Below the pieces are notes generated by a model that saw nothing but the letters and a program-made list of their open reading frames with translations, was not told where the DNA came from and did not search any database. Source: Vitrella brassicaformis CCMP3155 (lineage: Eukaryota > Protista > Chromerida). Taken from it: a DNA stretch of 51,897 nt. Below, piece by piece: positions 24,491-36,705 of the stretch; positions within the stretch are counted from its first letter, which is position 1; each line of letters opens with the position of its first letter. The position numbers were made by a program, and so were the translations under genes. Location: positions 1-51,897 of the forward strand of contig CDMY01000558.1 of NCBI GenBank assembly GCA_001179505.1. The letters run 5' to 3'.

Positions 24491-24790
24491 NNNNNNNNNN
24501 NNNNNNNNNNNNNNNNNNNNNNNNNNNNNNNNNNNNNNNNNNNNNNNNNNNNNNNNNNNNNNNNNNNNNNNNNNNNNNNNNNNNNNNNNNNNNNNNNNNN
24601 NNNNNNNNNNNNNNNNNNNNNNNNNNNNNNNNNNNNNNNNNNNNNNNNNNNNNNNNNNNNNNNNNNNNNNNNNNNNNNNNNNNNNNNNNNNNNNNNNNNN
24701 NNNNNNNNNNNNNNNNNNNNNNNNNNNNNNNNNNNNNNNNNNNNNNNNNNNNNNNNNNNNNNNNNNNNNNNNNNNNNNNNNNNNNNNNNN
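24491..24790. other. Assembly gap (300 N)
   Basis: Run of N. Confidence 1.
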
Positions 24791-25039
24791 TCGCACGCAC
24801 ACCGACGCACCCGCACTCACTCACGCACTTCTTGACACAGTCAGTCTGCCGTCATCATTTCTGTCCCCCCCTCTTCGCCCCCTTATAAGACTCTATCCAG
24901 CTACCTCTCTGGCGGGCCAGCCGTCCATCAAGGCAGCGATTAGCAATGGCCATGACTGCACTACTGCCACAGCCCCACAGGCTCCAAATTCGCGGCCGCG
25001 TTAAACATCTTCCATATCACTGCTTGATGCAGTTCAAGT

Positions 25040-25861
25040 TCACAAGCACACACCAGCCAAACGGTCAATGCGTGGTATTAAATCCTCCTTAATGCCTTGG
25101 CTCTCACCTTGCGCGGCGGTGGGCGACGCCGTTTCGTAACTCTGAGCCTCCTTCGCCTCGGCGGCTGTACTATCATTCTCGCGGCAGCTCCACCTGACGC
25201 ACACGCACACAGAAGCCATGCATCCCCGCCCAAAATATCCACAGAGATGCCTGTGTGTTATACCCTCCCTCACAGGTAAAAGTCGAAGCATCGAAAAAGG
25301 GTCCTGCCGTCGACAGCTTGCCTGAGGCAAGGATTGTCCTCCCTGCTCAGACACCGCCGCACCGAGTTGCACCGCCCCTCACACCGGGCCGCGCTGAAGG
25401 ACGTCCCCGCCGTCCACTCGGCGCACTTGCTGCCGCAGTCGATGGACGGTGCGTGGTCGAGGACGCACGACACCAGCCGCTTTCCCTGCATGGGCGCGTT
25501 AACCCCGCCGTAGGGACACGCGAGGAAGACGCTGTCTACTGCCCTCTTGGTGAACTTGACGCACTCGGCAGCAACGCTCGCCGCCTTCGGATCTGCGGGC
25601 GCGCTGCTCACATCTGCATATACACCCACAGCTGCACGAGTGTTGGTGTTTCTTTCGCCCACCGGTCCACTCTGAGCAGAGGTCCACCAGTTTCCTCAAA
25701 GCGGCCCGGCTGGTTTGCGCGTGGCCTGAGAGCCCCGAGTAGGTGTCCAGCGCATGGACGTGGTGTGACGCCGTGGCCCGGGTGCTGCTGCTGCTGCTGG
25801 TGCTCGGACATCTCCGCACCGCTAAAAGGATAGTTAGAAGCATGCCTGAAGGGCGCCTCAT
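25040..25861 (-). CDS. Hypothetical Cys-rich protein, possibly secreted (3 predicted exons)
   Basis: Hand-spliced: MRRPSGMLLTILLAVRRC...LVDLCSEWT / DVSSAPADP...AECVKF...LACPYG...VSCVLD...IDCGSKCAEW...ARCEGRCNSVRRCLS...NPCLRQ...FRCFDFY / LWSCRE...AGVCL*. Splice sites are phase-compatible. No family recognised. Confidence 0.5.
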
Positions 25862-26111
25862 TTTGCCACGTGTTTTTACATCGCTCTGTAAATTAATGCA
25901 TCTTCGTTCCCAACAAATGTCGTTTCCCCCTTCCACAATTACTCGGCAGACCAGTGGCGGTCATCGCCCGTATTTGAGAGGCAGCGTCCGACAAAGCACT
26001 TCACTCGCTGGCGGCATCCGCCAGCAAACACAGCACCAGCACCGACAGGCCGATGCCGTTGCTGCGAAGGATGGAGATGGGGCTAGTAGAGGTGGCAGTG
26101 ATGTTGGTGGA

Positions 26112-28593
26112 ATGGCCGTGGAGAGGGTAGCTAATCGGGAGCTGGGAGTCCTCACGCCAGCCAAGATGGTGCTACATCCATCGGCTTCGGTAAGGAAAAC
26201 GGTGGATAGATGGAACGGATGTGGCACCGAACAGGTGTTTGTGTTCTCCATGCGTGGTCCAGGGTAGCTCTATCGGCACGTCTGACTGCACCTGTGGCTC
26301 CTCCCAGGAGCTGCACGACATCAGACAGCGCATCCGGGACAAGGGAGATGCACTGCAGCACCGACTGCAGCAAGTACAAAACGACACTGAGGTGACATCT
26401 ACCCACAAAACGCACCACCTCAACGCCACCACACACACCTATCCTTTGCCCTCCTTTCGCTGTAGCGTGCCAACGCCCGTCTGCATGAGATCGACATTCG
26501 GAGTTCCCGTCTGGCCCACGACAAGCTGCAGCTGCAGCGGCAGGGCCAGGAGCTGGACCGGCGTGTCAAGAAGACCGAGGAGCTCATCCGCGCCAGTGGT
26601 GAGGAGGAGCGCCGCATCGCGTCGCAGGAGAGGGCCCTGCAGGACCGCCGGCGGGACGTGGGGGTGCTGGAGCAGGAGTGGCAAAAGAAGCGGGACGACC
26701 TGAGGGAGCGGGAGACCGTCAACCTGCAGACCAGGGGCGCACTTGAGGACAGACGCAAACACACACAGGAACAGGTAGAGGCGTAAATGCCAAACAAGGA
26801 GGGCGCCTTCGCACTCATTGCACATGGATTCTTCTGCAGTTGCGGTCTTTGTCTGAGTCTGAGCGGTGTTCGTTGGCGGATCAGACGGCCCTCAAGGAGC
26901 AGCGGGATGGCCTCCGGGACCGACTCGCCAAAGCGAGGAAGGCATACCAGCAGCTCAAGCAGAAAGCAGAGACCCAGACACAACGCGAGAAGGTCCGATG
27001 CCCAAGAAACGTGTTCCATGGGCGGCTCACTCCGCCGTCAATGGACCTTGATGTGTGTGCAGGAGCTGGACGAGGAGTGTCGCGCATTGCGGACGGTCGA
27101 GGAAAGCCAGAGGTAAAGGGCCCACCAACTAGGTCTCTAGGCTATGCCCCGCCCCATCTCCCTTTCTCGCAGGGCCAAGCTGATGACGGCTCGCGAGCGG
27201 CTCGCCGATGCCGGTAACCGCTCTCACTGATGGCCTCCTTGTCCTTGGAACATATAATCCTTGATCCTTGTTATGTCATGCAGAGCGTCAGCTGGACCAG
27301 GAGACCGAGATGGAGGCGCTCAACCAGCGCCACATGCACCTGTCACACAAACAGGTACAGCAGCCAGCGCATTGCGGCAACATCACACAGACCCCACAGA
27401 CACAGCACCATTCACCCACTGACCCGCCTCTCGCAGGCCGAGCTCGATGACGCCAGACGCCTCCGGCAGGACCGAACACAGGTGACAACACAGGCAGATA
27501 GATAGATGCACATGCGCAGATGACCTTCCTCTCTTGAATGCGTATGTGTGTGTGCGGATGTCTTTCAGAGGCATGGGTACTGGAAAATGACCCTGGAGGG
27601 CCGCATGAAGGCCCTCGACGAGTGTGAGCAGCGGGTGCGGCACCTGCAGACCGCCGCAGAAGAGACACAGGAGCGGGAAGAGGAATACACACGCAGGTGA
27701 AATGAAAGTAGGACAGGACAGAGACCAACCAGCCACCCCTGCATATGTATGGGGGGGCCTGTGTGCCGTGCCTGTCTTGTGATGGTGGTAATTTGTCAGG
27801 TTGTCGGCGCTGCAGCGGCGTGAGGCATTGTTGCAGAAGGAGCAGGCACAGCACGACCTACGGATGCAGGAAATGCGCAGAATGATACACGTCAGCACAA
27901 CACGGACAGAGACACTAACATGGAATAGTAGCGTCATGATACGTCTCTGTCTGTCTGTCTGTGTGTGTGTGTGTGTGTGTGTAGGCGAAGGAGACGGCCC
28001 TCCGCAAGCTCAAGACGAGGACACAAGCCCCCATTACCAGCAGCACTCCCCCTGCCCCCCAGCCCCTCAAGCCATCATACCCACACCGGGCCAAGTCCTC
28101 CGAGCGCCTCACCACCAAACAGGCCTCTCTGCGGCTCTCCGCCCGGCCGCATTTCCGCCCCCAGCCCCTCCCTCTGCCCATCCCCCTCCCCTCCCTCGCA
28201 CACACGTCATCGCCAGGCATCAGAAGCCCACCATCACCACCCTCCAGTGGTGGTCAGGAGCAGGCCAGCGATCCCTCGACGGCCAGATACCCATACAGCA
28301 TGATACCCAAGGGTGCGCCGAAGGGGCTGCCACCGGTGGGGCGGGAGGGCCCGGCTGACGATCCGCATGGCGGGAGCCCAACGGAGAAGATGCCGATCCC
28401 GCCGCGTCCCCATCCGTACGATAGTAGTAGCGGGGCCAGTGGGGTGGAGGCGTATGAGGGGGCCAGTGGGGATGTCGATGGCGTGTTTGAGCCGCTGCCG
28501 TCGCTGTTGAGTCCAGCCAAGTCGAGTAGAGGTGGTGAGGGTGAGGGTGACAGCACGGCGGGTGCGGAGGAGGAGAGGCATGGGGCTGGCTGA
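26112..28593 (+). CDS. Hypothetical coiled-coil protein with a Pro/Gly-rich C-terminus
   Basis: Successive exons rich in E/Q/R/L/K (LHDIRQRIRDKGDALQHRLQQVQ; LQLQRQGQELDRRVKKTEELIR; LEQEWQKKRDDLRERE) with GT-AG introns; stop at 28591-28593. The start is tentative. Confidence 0.7.
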
Positions 28594-28891
28594 GGGAAGG
28601 AGAGAAGGGGAAGGAGTAGTCTAGAGGTTGGATGAATGTGATGCGCCTGCGGGTGGTGTGATGACCCCTCGAGTGCATATCAATCATGTGTGTGCATGCT
28701 GACTGAGTCGAATTGATTGAATCAGATCATTTCTTAACCCGGAGCATAAGCACTCGGACGCTCGCGTTCAATATGCAGAGTCCATGCATCCGACACGACG
28801 TCAGTGAGTGAAGTGTCTGTCTGCACGTTCCGACCATACATATGTACGGACACTCCCTAGCCAACCCAACACCACACCACACACACTTCAT

Positions 28892-30214
28892 TCAGAGCTT
28901 CGCCCTAACTTGCGACATGACCTTCTCGCTCGTCACGAGAGCACTGCTCATGGCACCCTCGACAGACGCGGCCACCATGAAGTCCCCCGCCACGTACACA
29001 CCGATCTTCTCATCCCCCACACACCCCCGCCCCCTCAGTCCGTCAGGCACACCCACGGGGAAGCAGCTGCCCCACCTGTGGGCCTGCACGGCGGCAGGCG
29101 AATCCATATCCATCTTGCTCGCCGCCTCCTTGGCCACCGTCTGCAGGACCATCTTGAGGTGGTCTGCCATCGTCTTGGCCAGCCTGTCCAGGGCGTCGGG
29201 ATCGCTCGACGCCGACACGCTAATGTGCTCCTCTGCGAATGCGGGAGTGGAGTGGGCGACGAACGACACGTGAGAGGGAGAGGGGGAGTGGCCTGCTGAG
29301 GGGGTGGGAAGGGGCATCTGCACCACCTTGGAAAGCATGCCGTTCTCGATGAGCAAACAATCAAAAGGCAGAGAGGGCGGGGCGTCGCTGACAGGGTAGG
29401 TGACCATGAGGCTGAAGATGGGGTCGCTCTTGACCTCGCCCATCATGGCGGCTACCCTCTGCACAGCATCCGACACCTGTGCGGCAGCCAGCCTGTCGCC
29501 GGCCACAGTCAGGGGCGGGGGCAGGCCGAACGTCTTCTGGAACCGGGGGTGGCCGTTGGTGACGCTCGTGATGATCAGGTAGTCATAGCCGGCATATTCC
29601 TTGGCCTGCTTGTCCACCAGCCGCCACTGCTGGGTGGTCTTGTCGAAGCAGTACTCGACTATCATCGTCTGCTCCCTCTTGGTGATGTTGTCGCCCTCAA
29701 GCAGCGCCGAACACAGGCTGGCCATGTGCGGCACCCCTCTGTAGATCTTGCAGGTCTCAGCGTCGCCGGACGACCCGTGGCTGGCCCGCGTCGTGTCGGC
29801 CTGCCGCACCCCCTTGGTGGCCCAGTCTATGCTCATGACCTTGCCCTTGTACTCCTCGATGCACTGTTTGCCGGCCAGCGACTCGATGAAGGCCGTCACA
29901 GCAGGGTCACACACATGGAAGCAGGGGGCGCCGTGGTTGTACCACACCCCAGGGAGCTGCCGAGTGAAGCGAGTGGATGCCCGGCCGCCAGGCCCACGGC
30001 CCATCTCTGCAGCAGGAGCCGCACACAAGACAAGACAGCCAACAGACAGACAAAGCGATGGATGAATGATCATCGAACTGGTTGGTTTATCGACAGACGG
30101 ACCGAAAACGTCGATAGCGATGGGCAGGCCTGAGCGGGAGAGCTGGTGGGCGATGGTGCTGCCCGTGACTCCTGCACCTATGACGGCCACACGTTGGTGC
30201 TTGAAAGCCGCCAT
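28892..30214 (-). CDS. Renalase-like FAD-dependent oxidoreductase
   Basis: RVAVIGAGVTG (GxGxxG), EMGRGPGGRASTR, NHGAPCF, AHRWG and AGDFMVAASVEGAMSSAL. One in-frame 96-nt intron near 30010-30105. The frame is open upstream to about 30301, so the start could be earlier. Confidence 0.85.
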   Translation of the reverse strand: MAAFKHQRVAVIGAGVTGSTIAHQLSRSGLPIAIDVFGPSVDKPTSSMIIHPSLCLSVGCLVLCAAPAAEMGRGPGGRASTRFTRQLPGVWYNHGAPCFHVCDPAVTAFIESLAGKQCIEEYKGKVMSIDWATKGVRQADTTRASHGSSGDAETCKIYRGVPHMASLCSALLEGDNITKREQTMIVEYCFDKTTQQWRLVDKQAKEYAGYDYLIITSVTNGHPRFQKTFGLPPPLTVAGDRLAAAQVSDAVQRVAAMMGEVKSDPIFSLMVTYPVSDAPPSLPFDCLLIENGMLSKVVQMPLPTPSAGHSPSPSHVSFVAHSTPAFAEEHISVSASSDPDALDRLAKTMADHLKMVLQTVAKEAASKMDMDSPAAVQAHRWGSCFPVGVPDGLRGRGCVGDEKIGVYVAGDFMVAASVEGAMSSALVTSEKVMSQVRAKL

Positions 30215-31066
30215 CCTGACTGCCGCGGCAGTGCACAGGAAAGCAGCGAACAATCTGAGCCTCAAAACGATGGCAGTGACCTCACAGATTGAGATCTGCA
30301 CAACTTGGAAACGGAAGAGAGGTTTGCCATGCGTGGTCTCCGCATTGGCGCTCGGCCGCTGACGTTCCGACGGCCATCACGAGTCGAGGTGTGCGCGCGT
30401 CTACAGAAGGGATCATCCTCCTGTCCGCCCCGATCGGCACCCCGGCCTTCATCGAGCGCATCGTGAACGAGGTCGTCGCCAAGTATCAGCGCCTCCTCGA
30501 CGCCGTCGTGGCCTTTGCTGTCGACGATTGGGACCATGCAGTGCAAGGGGCGAACCTGCTCCTTCGCTACTGTGAGTCCCCTCGCTTCCTCTACTGGTGC
30601 CGCCTCCTCGCCCCCTCCCCGCCGCTCTTGGCGGCCGCCCGTGCACATGATGCTGCGAAGGTCACCGCATTCACCAGCATCCACCGCACGGGCGCCCTGT
30701 CTACTTCGGCACACCGGCAGGTGCAGCTTCCCATCCGGTTGGGGGGCTTTGGGCTGGTGTCGTCTGCGCGTGTCGCACCGGGTGCTTATTTGGGGTCCGT
30801 GGCCGTCACCGTGGGGGATGTGTGGGATCGTTTCCATGGGCAACCCTGAATGCCCGAGTCAGAAGCCTCTCTTCTCCAGCTGGAATGGCTCGTCTCGGCG
30901 GCATCCGCCCGCATCGATTTCTCCGCATCCCTCCCCTCTGTCGCTATCCCCCCCATCGCGCACCTCATCGCGCGCCCGCAGGCCCGCCTGCAGCAGAAGA
31001 TCTCTGCCGCCCTTGCGCAGAAGGACTTCGACACCCTCTTCGAGTCTTTCCCAGCTGGCAGCCGTG

Positions 31067-31366
31067 NNNNNNNNNNNNNNNNNNNNNNNNNNNNNNNNNN
31101 NNNNNNNNNNNNNNNNNNNNNNNNNNNNNNNNNNNNNNNNNNNNNNNNNNNNNNNNNNNNNNNNNNNNNNNNNNNNNNNNNNNNNNNNNNNNNNNNNNNN
31201 NNNNNNNNNNNNNNNNNNNNNNNNNNNNNNNNNNNNNNNNNNNNNNNNNNNNNNNNNNNNNNNNNNNNNNNNNNNNNNNNNNNNNNNNNNNNNNNNNNNN
31301 NNNNNNNNNNNNNNNNNNNNNNNNNNNNNNNNNNNNNNNNNNNNNNNNNNNNNNNNNNNNNNNNNN
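31067..31366. other. Assembly gap (300 N) within the retroelement block
   Basis: Run of N. Confidence 1.
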
Positions 31367-33185
31367 CATTGGATGCAGTCCGAAGGCGAGCAGCGGCACG
31401 CCTTGTCGGCCTGGGCGAGCTCTCGCGCGCGGCGAGTCGCCTCACATCGGCGCCCGTTGCGGCGGCGAATCAGCAGACACTCGATCAGCTGCGCGCCCTC
31501 CACCCCGACGCCGCTCCCATCGACAGGCCCGCTGCGCCGGCAGAAGACGCCCCTCGCCTGGAGACCAAGCGTGACTTCCTTTTGGCTGCACTGAAGACCG
31601 CGCCGCGCGGAGCAGCCGCCGGACCGACCTGCTGGCGATATGAGCACCTCCAAGTGCTCCTTGGCGAGGCCCACACCAACGCCGAGGCTGTGCCCGTTCT
31701 CAAGTTCGTGCAACGGATGTTAGACGGCGACTTGCCCCCACTGGTGACGAGACTACTGGCCGCCGCCCGCCTGTTCGCATTGGAAAAGCCGGGGGGAGGA
31801 GTGCGGCCGATCGCCATTGGCGACGTGCTTCGTCGGTGGGTGACTCGCGCGCTGTGCATGCAACACAAGCTGGAGTTCGAGGAGGAGTTCCGGCCCCACC
31901 AGTTTGCTGTCGGCATGTCGGCTGGCGGGGAGAAGCTCTTCCGCGCGGCGCAGACCTACATCCAGACGCAGGACCCCGGAGGCTAAGATGGAGACCGGCC
32001 GTCCACCACTCGCACCCTCCTCTCCCTCGACTGCCGCAACGCCTTCAATGAGATCAGCCGCCAGCGTATCATGGACGAGCTCGCCGTCAAGCACTTGGCT
32101 ATGGTTGCATTTTTCTGGCAGTTCTACGGTAAAGCCGCGCCACTGTGGTACACTATGGAGGACGGGCGTGTCGAGACCATCTACAGCCGTCAAGGCGTAC
32201 AGCAGGGCAATGCGGCGGGCCCTTTCCTTTTCTGCCTCGCCTTTCAGCCGGCCCTCCGTCGATTGCAGGAGCAGTTCCTGGCCGCACTTGTCGGAAGCTT
32301 TATGGATGACGGGCTGGGGGGTATGGATGAGTGGAACGTCCCCTTCTTTCTGACGGCCGCCGCAGTTGAATTCCGCACCATCAACTTGGTGCTGCGGCTG
32401 GATAAGTGCCATGCGGGGTCTCCGCATTGGCACTCGGCCGCTGACCTTCCGACGGCCATCACGAGTCGAGGTGTGCGCGCATCTACAGAAGGGATCATCC
32501 TCCTGTCCGCCCCGATCGGCACCCCGGCCTTCATCGAGCGCGTCGTGAACGAGGTCGTCGCCAAGCATCAGCGCCTCCTCAACGCCGTCGTTGCCTTTGC
32601 TGTCGACGATTGGGACCATGCAGTGCAGGGGGCGAACCTGCTCCTTCGCTACTGTGGGTTTCCTCGCTTCCTCTACTGATGCCGCCTCCTCGCCCCCTCC
32701 CCGCCCCTCCTGGCGGCCGCCCGTGCACATGATGCTGCGAAGGTCACCGCGTTCACCAGCATCCACCGCACGGGCGCCCTGTCTACTTCGGCACACCGGC
32801 AGGTGCAGCTTCCCATCCGGTTGGGGGGCTTTGGGCTGGTGTCGTCCACGCGTGTCGCACCGGGTGCTTACTTGGGGTCCGTGGCCGTCACCGTGGGGGA
32901 TGTGTGGGATCGTTTCCGTGGGCAACCCTGCATGCCCGAGTCAGAAGCCTCTCTTCTCCAGCTGGAATGGCTCGTCTCGGCGGCATCCGCCCGCATCGAT
33001 TTCTCCGCATCCCTCCCTTCTGTCGCCATCCCCCCTCTCGCGCAGCTCAATCGCACGCCCGCAGGCCCGGCTGCAGCAGAAGATCTCTGCCGCCCTTGCG
33101 CAGAAAGACTTCGACACCCTCTTTGAGTCTTTCCCGGCTGGCAGCCGCAATCGATGCCGCCTTCTCTCCTGCCTGGGGCCTCTGT

Positions 33186-33485
33186 NNNNNNNNNNNNNNN
33201 NNNNNNNNNNNNNNNNNNNNNNNNNNNNNNNNNNNNNNNNNNNNNNNNNNNNNNNNNNNNNNNNNNNNNNNNNNNNNNNNNNNNNNNNNNNNNNNNNNNN
33301 NNNNNNNNNNNNNNNNNNNNNNNNNNNNNNNNNNNNNNNNNNNNNNNNNNNNNNNNNNNNNNNNNNNNNNNNNNNNNNNNNNNNNNNNNNNNNNNNNNNN
33401 NNNNNNNNNNNNNNNNNNNNNNNNNNNNNNNNNNNNNNNNNNNNNNNNNNNNNNNNNNNNNNNNNNNNNNNNNNNNNNNNNNNNN
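33186..33485. other. Assembly gap (300 N) within the retroelement block
   Basis: Run of N. Confidence 1.
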
Positions 33486-34944
33486 ACCCCGGCCTTCATC
33501 GAGCGCGTCGTGAACGAGGTCGTCGCCAAGCATCAGCGCCTCCTCAACGCCGTCGTTGCCTTTGCTGTCGACGATTGGGACCATGCAGTGCAGGGGGCGA
33601 ACCTGCTCCTTCGCTACTGTGGGTTTCCTCGCTTCCTCTACTGATGCCGCCTCCTCGCCCCCTCCCCGCCCCTCCTGGCGGCCGCCCGTGCACATGATGC
33701 TGCGAAGGTCACCGCGTTCACCAGCATCCACCGCACGGGCGCCCTGTCTACTTCGGCACACCGGCAGGTGCAGCTTCCCATCCGGTTGGGGGGCTTTGGG
33801 CTGGTGTCGTCCACGCGTGTCGCACCGGGTGCTTATTTGGGGTCCGTGGCCGTCACCGTGGGGGATGTGTGGGATCGTTTCCATGGGCAACCCTGAATGC
33901 CCGAGTCAGAAGCCTCTCTTCTCCAGCTGGAATGGCTCGTCTCGGCGGCATCCGCCCGCATCGATTTCTCCGCATCCCTCCCCTCTGTCGCCATCCCCCC
34001 TATCGCGCAACTCATCGCACGCCCGCAAGCCCGGCTGCAGCAGAAGATCTCTGCCGCCCTTGCGCAGAAGGACTTCGACACCCTCTTCGAGTCTTTCCCA
34101 GCTGGCAGCCGTGATCGATGCCACCTTCTCTCCTGCCTGGGGCCTCTCTCGTCTGGCTGGCTGTCGGCCATCCCCGCTATACCCGAGGTGACAAGCGCAA
34201 GTGCCTGAACAACTACGCCTACCGCCTCGCTACGGCCCTCACCCTCGGCATCACTTTCCCCCTCGCCAGCCTCGCACCGTCATGCCCGTGTGGAGCGGGC
34301 ATCGACACCCTAGGCGACCACTTCTTCCTCTGCAGCCGCGCGACGGCGGAGCGCGTGTTCAAGCACAACACCCTGCTGGACGTCTTTAAGGCAATCCTTG
34401 CGGAGGTGGGCATCACGGCTGTCACCGAAGTGCCCCTGCGGTCTCTCAACATCACCCCCCCAAACGCCCAGCCCAACAGTCAGCGCATGGACCTCTTCTT
34501 CTCCATCAACGGCGAAGGTGTCCTGTGCGACATCACGGTGGTCCATCCGTGTCGGCCCGAGAACTCAACCGCCCACCACACCCAGGTCAACCGCAGCAAC
34601 GCACGTCGGCCGGGCGGTTTTGCAGCTGCAGGGGCGGAGCGCGACAAAGATCGCAAGTACGGTGCCAACTGTCGGCAGAAAGGCTACACCTTCGTGCCCC
34701 TAGCAGCGGAGACATTCGGCCGTTGGGGTGGCGAGACCCTCACTCTGCTTCGCCGTCTGGCGCAGCGGCGCGTCCTCCCACCCGCCAGCTCTGCAGAAGA
34801 CCGTGCATTTTTTCATGAGGGTGTCATGAACCATTGGGGGCAGTGTTTGTCGGTCGCGCTGATGCGCTGGAATGCTTTTCAAGTGTCCTGCCGCGCTCAT
34901 CATGCGGCCGATGCTCGGACACAGCAGCGGGCGGGTCTGTTTCC

Positions 34945-35244
34945 NNNNNNNNNNNNNNNNNNNNNNNNNNNNNNNNNNNNNNNNNNNNNNNNNNNNNNNN
35001 NNNNNNNNNNNNNNNNNNNNNNNNNNNNNNNNNNNNNNNNNNNNNNNNNNNNNNNNNNNNNNNNNNNNNNNNNNNNNNNNNNNNNNNNNNNNNNNNNNNN
35101 NNNNNNNNNNNNNNNNNNNNNNNNNNNNNNNNNNNNNNNNNNNNNNNNNNNNNNNNNNNNNNNNNNNNNNNNNNNNNNNNNNNNNNNNNNNNNNNNNNNN
35201 NNNNNNNNNNNNNNNNNNNNNNNNNNNNNNNNNNNNNNNNNNNN
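34945..35244. other. Assembly gap (300 N) within the retroelement block
   Basis: Run of N. Confidence 1.
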
Positions 35245-36694
35245 GACGCGCACAGCGTGCGGGTGCTTATTTGGGGTCCGTGGCCGTCACCGTGGGGGAT
35301 GTGTGGGATCGTTTCCATGGGCAACCCTGAATGCCCGAGTCAGAAGCCTCTCTTCTCCAGCTGGAATGGCTCGTCTCGGCGGCATCCGCCCGCATCGATT
35401 TCTCCGCATCCCTCCCCTCTGTCGCCATCCCCCCTATCGCGCAACTCATCGCACGCCCGCAAGCCCGGCTGCAGCAGAAGATCTCTGCCGCCCTTGCGCA
35501 GAAGGACTTCGACACCCTCTTCGAGTCTTTCCCAGCTGGCAGCCGTGATCGATGCCACCTTCTCTCCTGCCTGGGGCCTCTCTCGTCTGGCTGGCTGTCG
35601 GCCATCCCCGCTATACCCGAGGTGACAAGCGCAAGTGCCTGAACAACTACGCCTACCGCCTCGCTACGGCCCTCACCCTCGGCATCACTTTCCCCCTCGC
35701 CAGCCTCGCACCGTCATGCCCGTGTGGAGCGGGCATCGACACCCTAGGCGACCACTTCTTCCTCTGCAGCCGCGCGACGGCGGAGCGCGTGTTCAAGCAC
35801 AACACCCTGCTGGACGTCTTTAAGGCAATCCTTGCGGAGGTGGGCATCACGGCTGTCACCGAAGTGCCCCTGCGGTCTCTCAACATCACCCCCCCAAACG
35901 CCCAGCCCAACAGTCAGCGCATGGACCTCTTCTTCTCCATCAACGGCGAAGGTGTCCTGTGCGACATCACGGTGGTCCATCCGTGTCGGCCCGAGAACTC
36001 AACCGCCCACCACACCCAGGTCAACCGCAGCAACGCACGTCGGCCGGGCGGTTTTGCAGCTGCAGGGGCGGAGCGCGACAAAGATCGCAAGTACGGTGCC
36101 AACTGTCGGCAGAAAGGCTACACCTTCGTGCCCCTAGCAGCGGAGACATTCGGCCGTTGGGGTGGCGAGACCCTCACTCTGCTTCGCCGTCTGGCGCAGC
36201 GGCGCGTCCTCCCACCCGCCAGCTCTGCAGAAGACCGTGCATTTTTTCATGAGGGTGTCATGAACCATTGGGGCAGTGTTTGTCGGTCGCGCTGATGCGC
36301 TGGAATGCTTTTCAAGTGTCCTGCCGCGCTCACCATGCGGCCGATGCTCGGACACAGCAGCGGGCGGGTCTGCTTCCTGAGGACCTCATCTCTCGAGGGC
36401 CCTACAGGGCACAGACCCGCTCGTTTGCCGTCAGGACCGGCCGTGAGGGATTGATTTGGGGACGTGTTGTTATGGGTCGGGCTTGGGTTGCATGGTGGTT
36501 TTGTAGGGCATGTGATAGTCGCTTGTGTGATTGCGTTTGATGGGCTGTTTGGTTTATGTCAGACTGCTGCTATCATCCATGTCGTATGGTGCGCATGTCT
36601 TTCTGCGATTGTTTGTGTCTTTGCGTGTGTGCAAATCCGTACCGACTCTAGATCAGACGTGCTGGTCGCCCATGCTTCCGTGTAAGTCAACCAC

Positions 36695-36705
36695 AAGAGA
36701 GATTT
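36695..36705. repeat. Candidate target-site duplication: AAGAGAGATTT here versus AAGAGAGGTTT at 30315-30325
   Basis: 10/11 identity. The left copy abuts the first base of retroelement homology (the T at 30325 is shared). Confidence 0.45.

Larger units (their letters stand above)
30325..36694 (+). mobile_element. Block of degenerate non-LTR retrotransposon sequence with a C-terminal restriction-like endonuclease (RLE; CRE-like), assembled as four overlapping segments separated by gaps
   Basis: RT motifs: GPTCWRYEHL, LEKPGGGVRPIAIGDVLRR, PHQFAVG, LDCRNAFN, GVQQGN..GPFLF, FMDD (32299-32310), QLPIRLGGFGL. Zn knuckle CPCGAGIDTLGDHFFLC (from 34283). RLE motifs RMD..DITVVHP, AERDKDRKYG, FVPLAAETFG. 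Segments: 30325-31066, 31367-33185, 33486-34944, 35245-~36694. Stops at 30847, 31984, 32677, 33642, 33894 and 35328, plus frameshifts. The 3' boundary rests only on a candidate TSD. Confidence 0.9.

Noticed and set aside
30595-35330. In-frame TGA at Cys/Trp positions of the retroelement as selenocysteine or readthrough recoding
   Set aside because: Sister segments have TGC or TGG at the same positions, and a TAA and frameshifts also occur. These are ordinary nonsense mutations.
21204-35625. ORFs containing long X runs
   Set aside because: Artefacts of translating through 300-N gaps.
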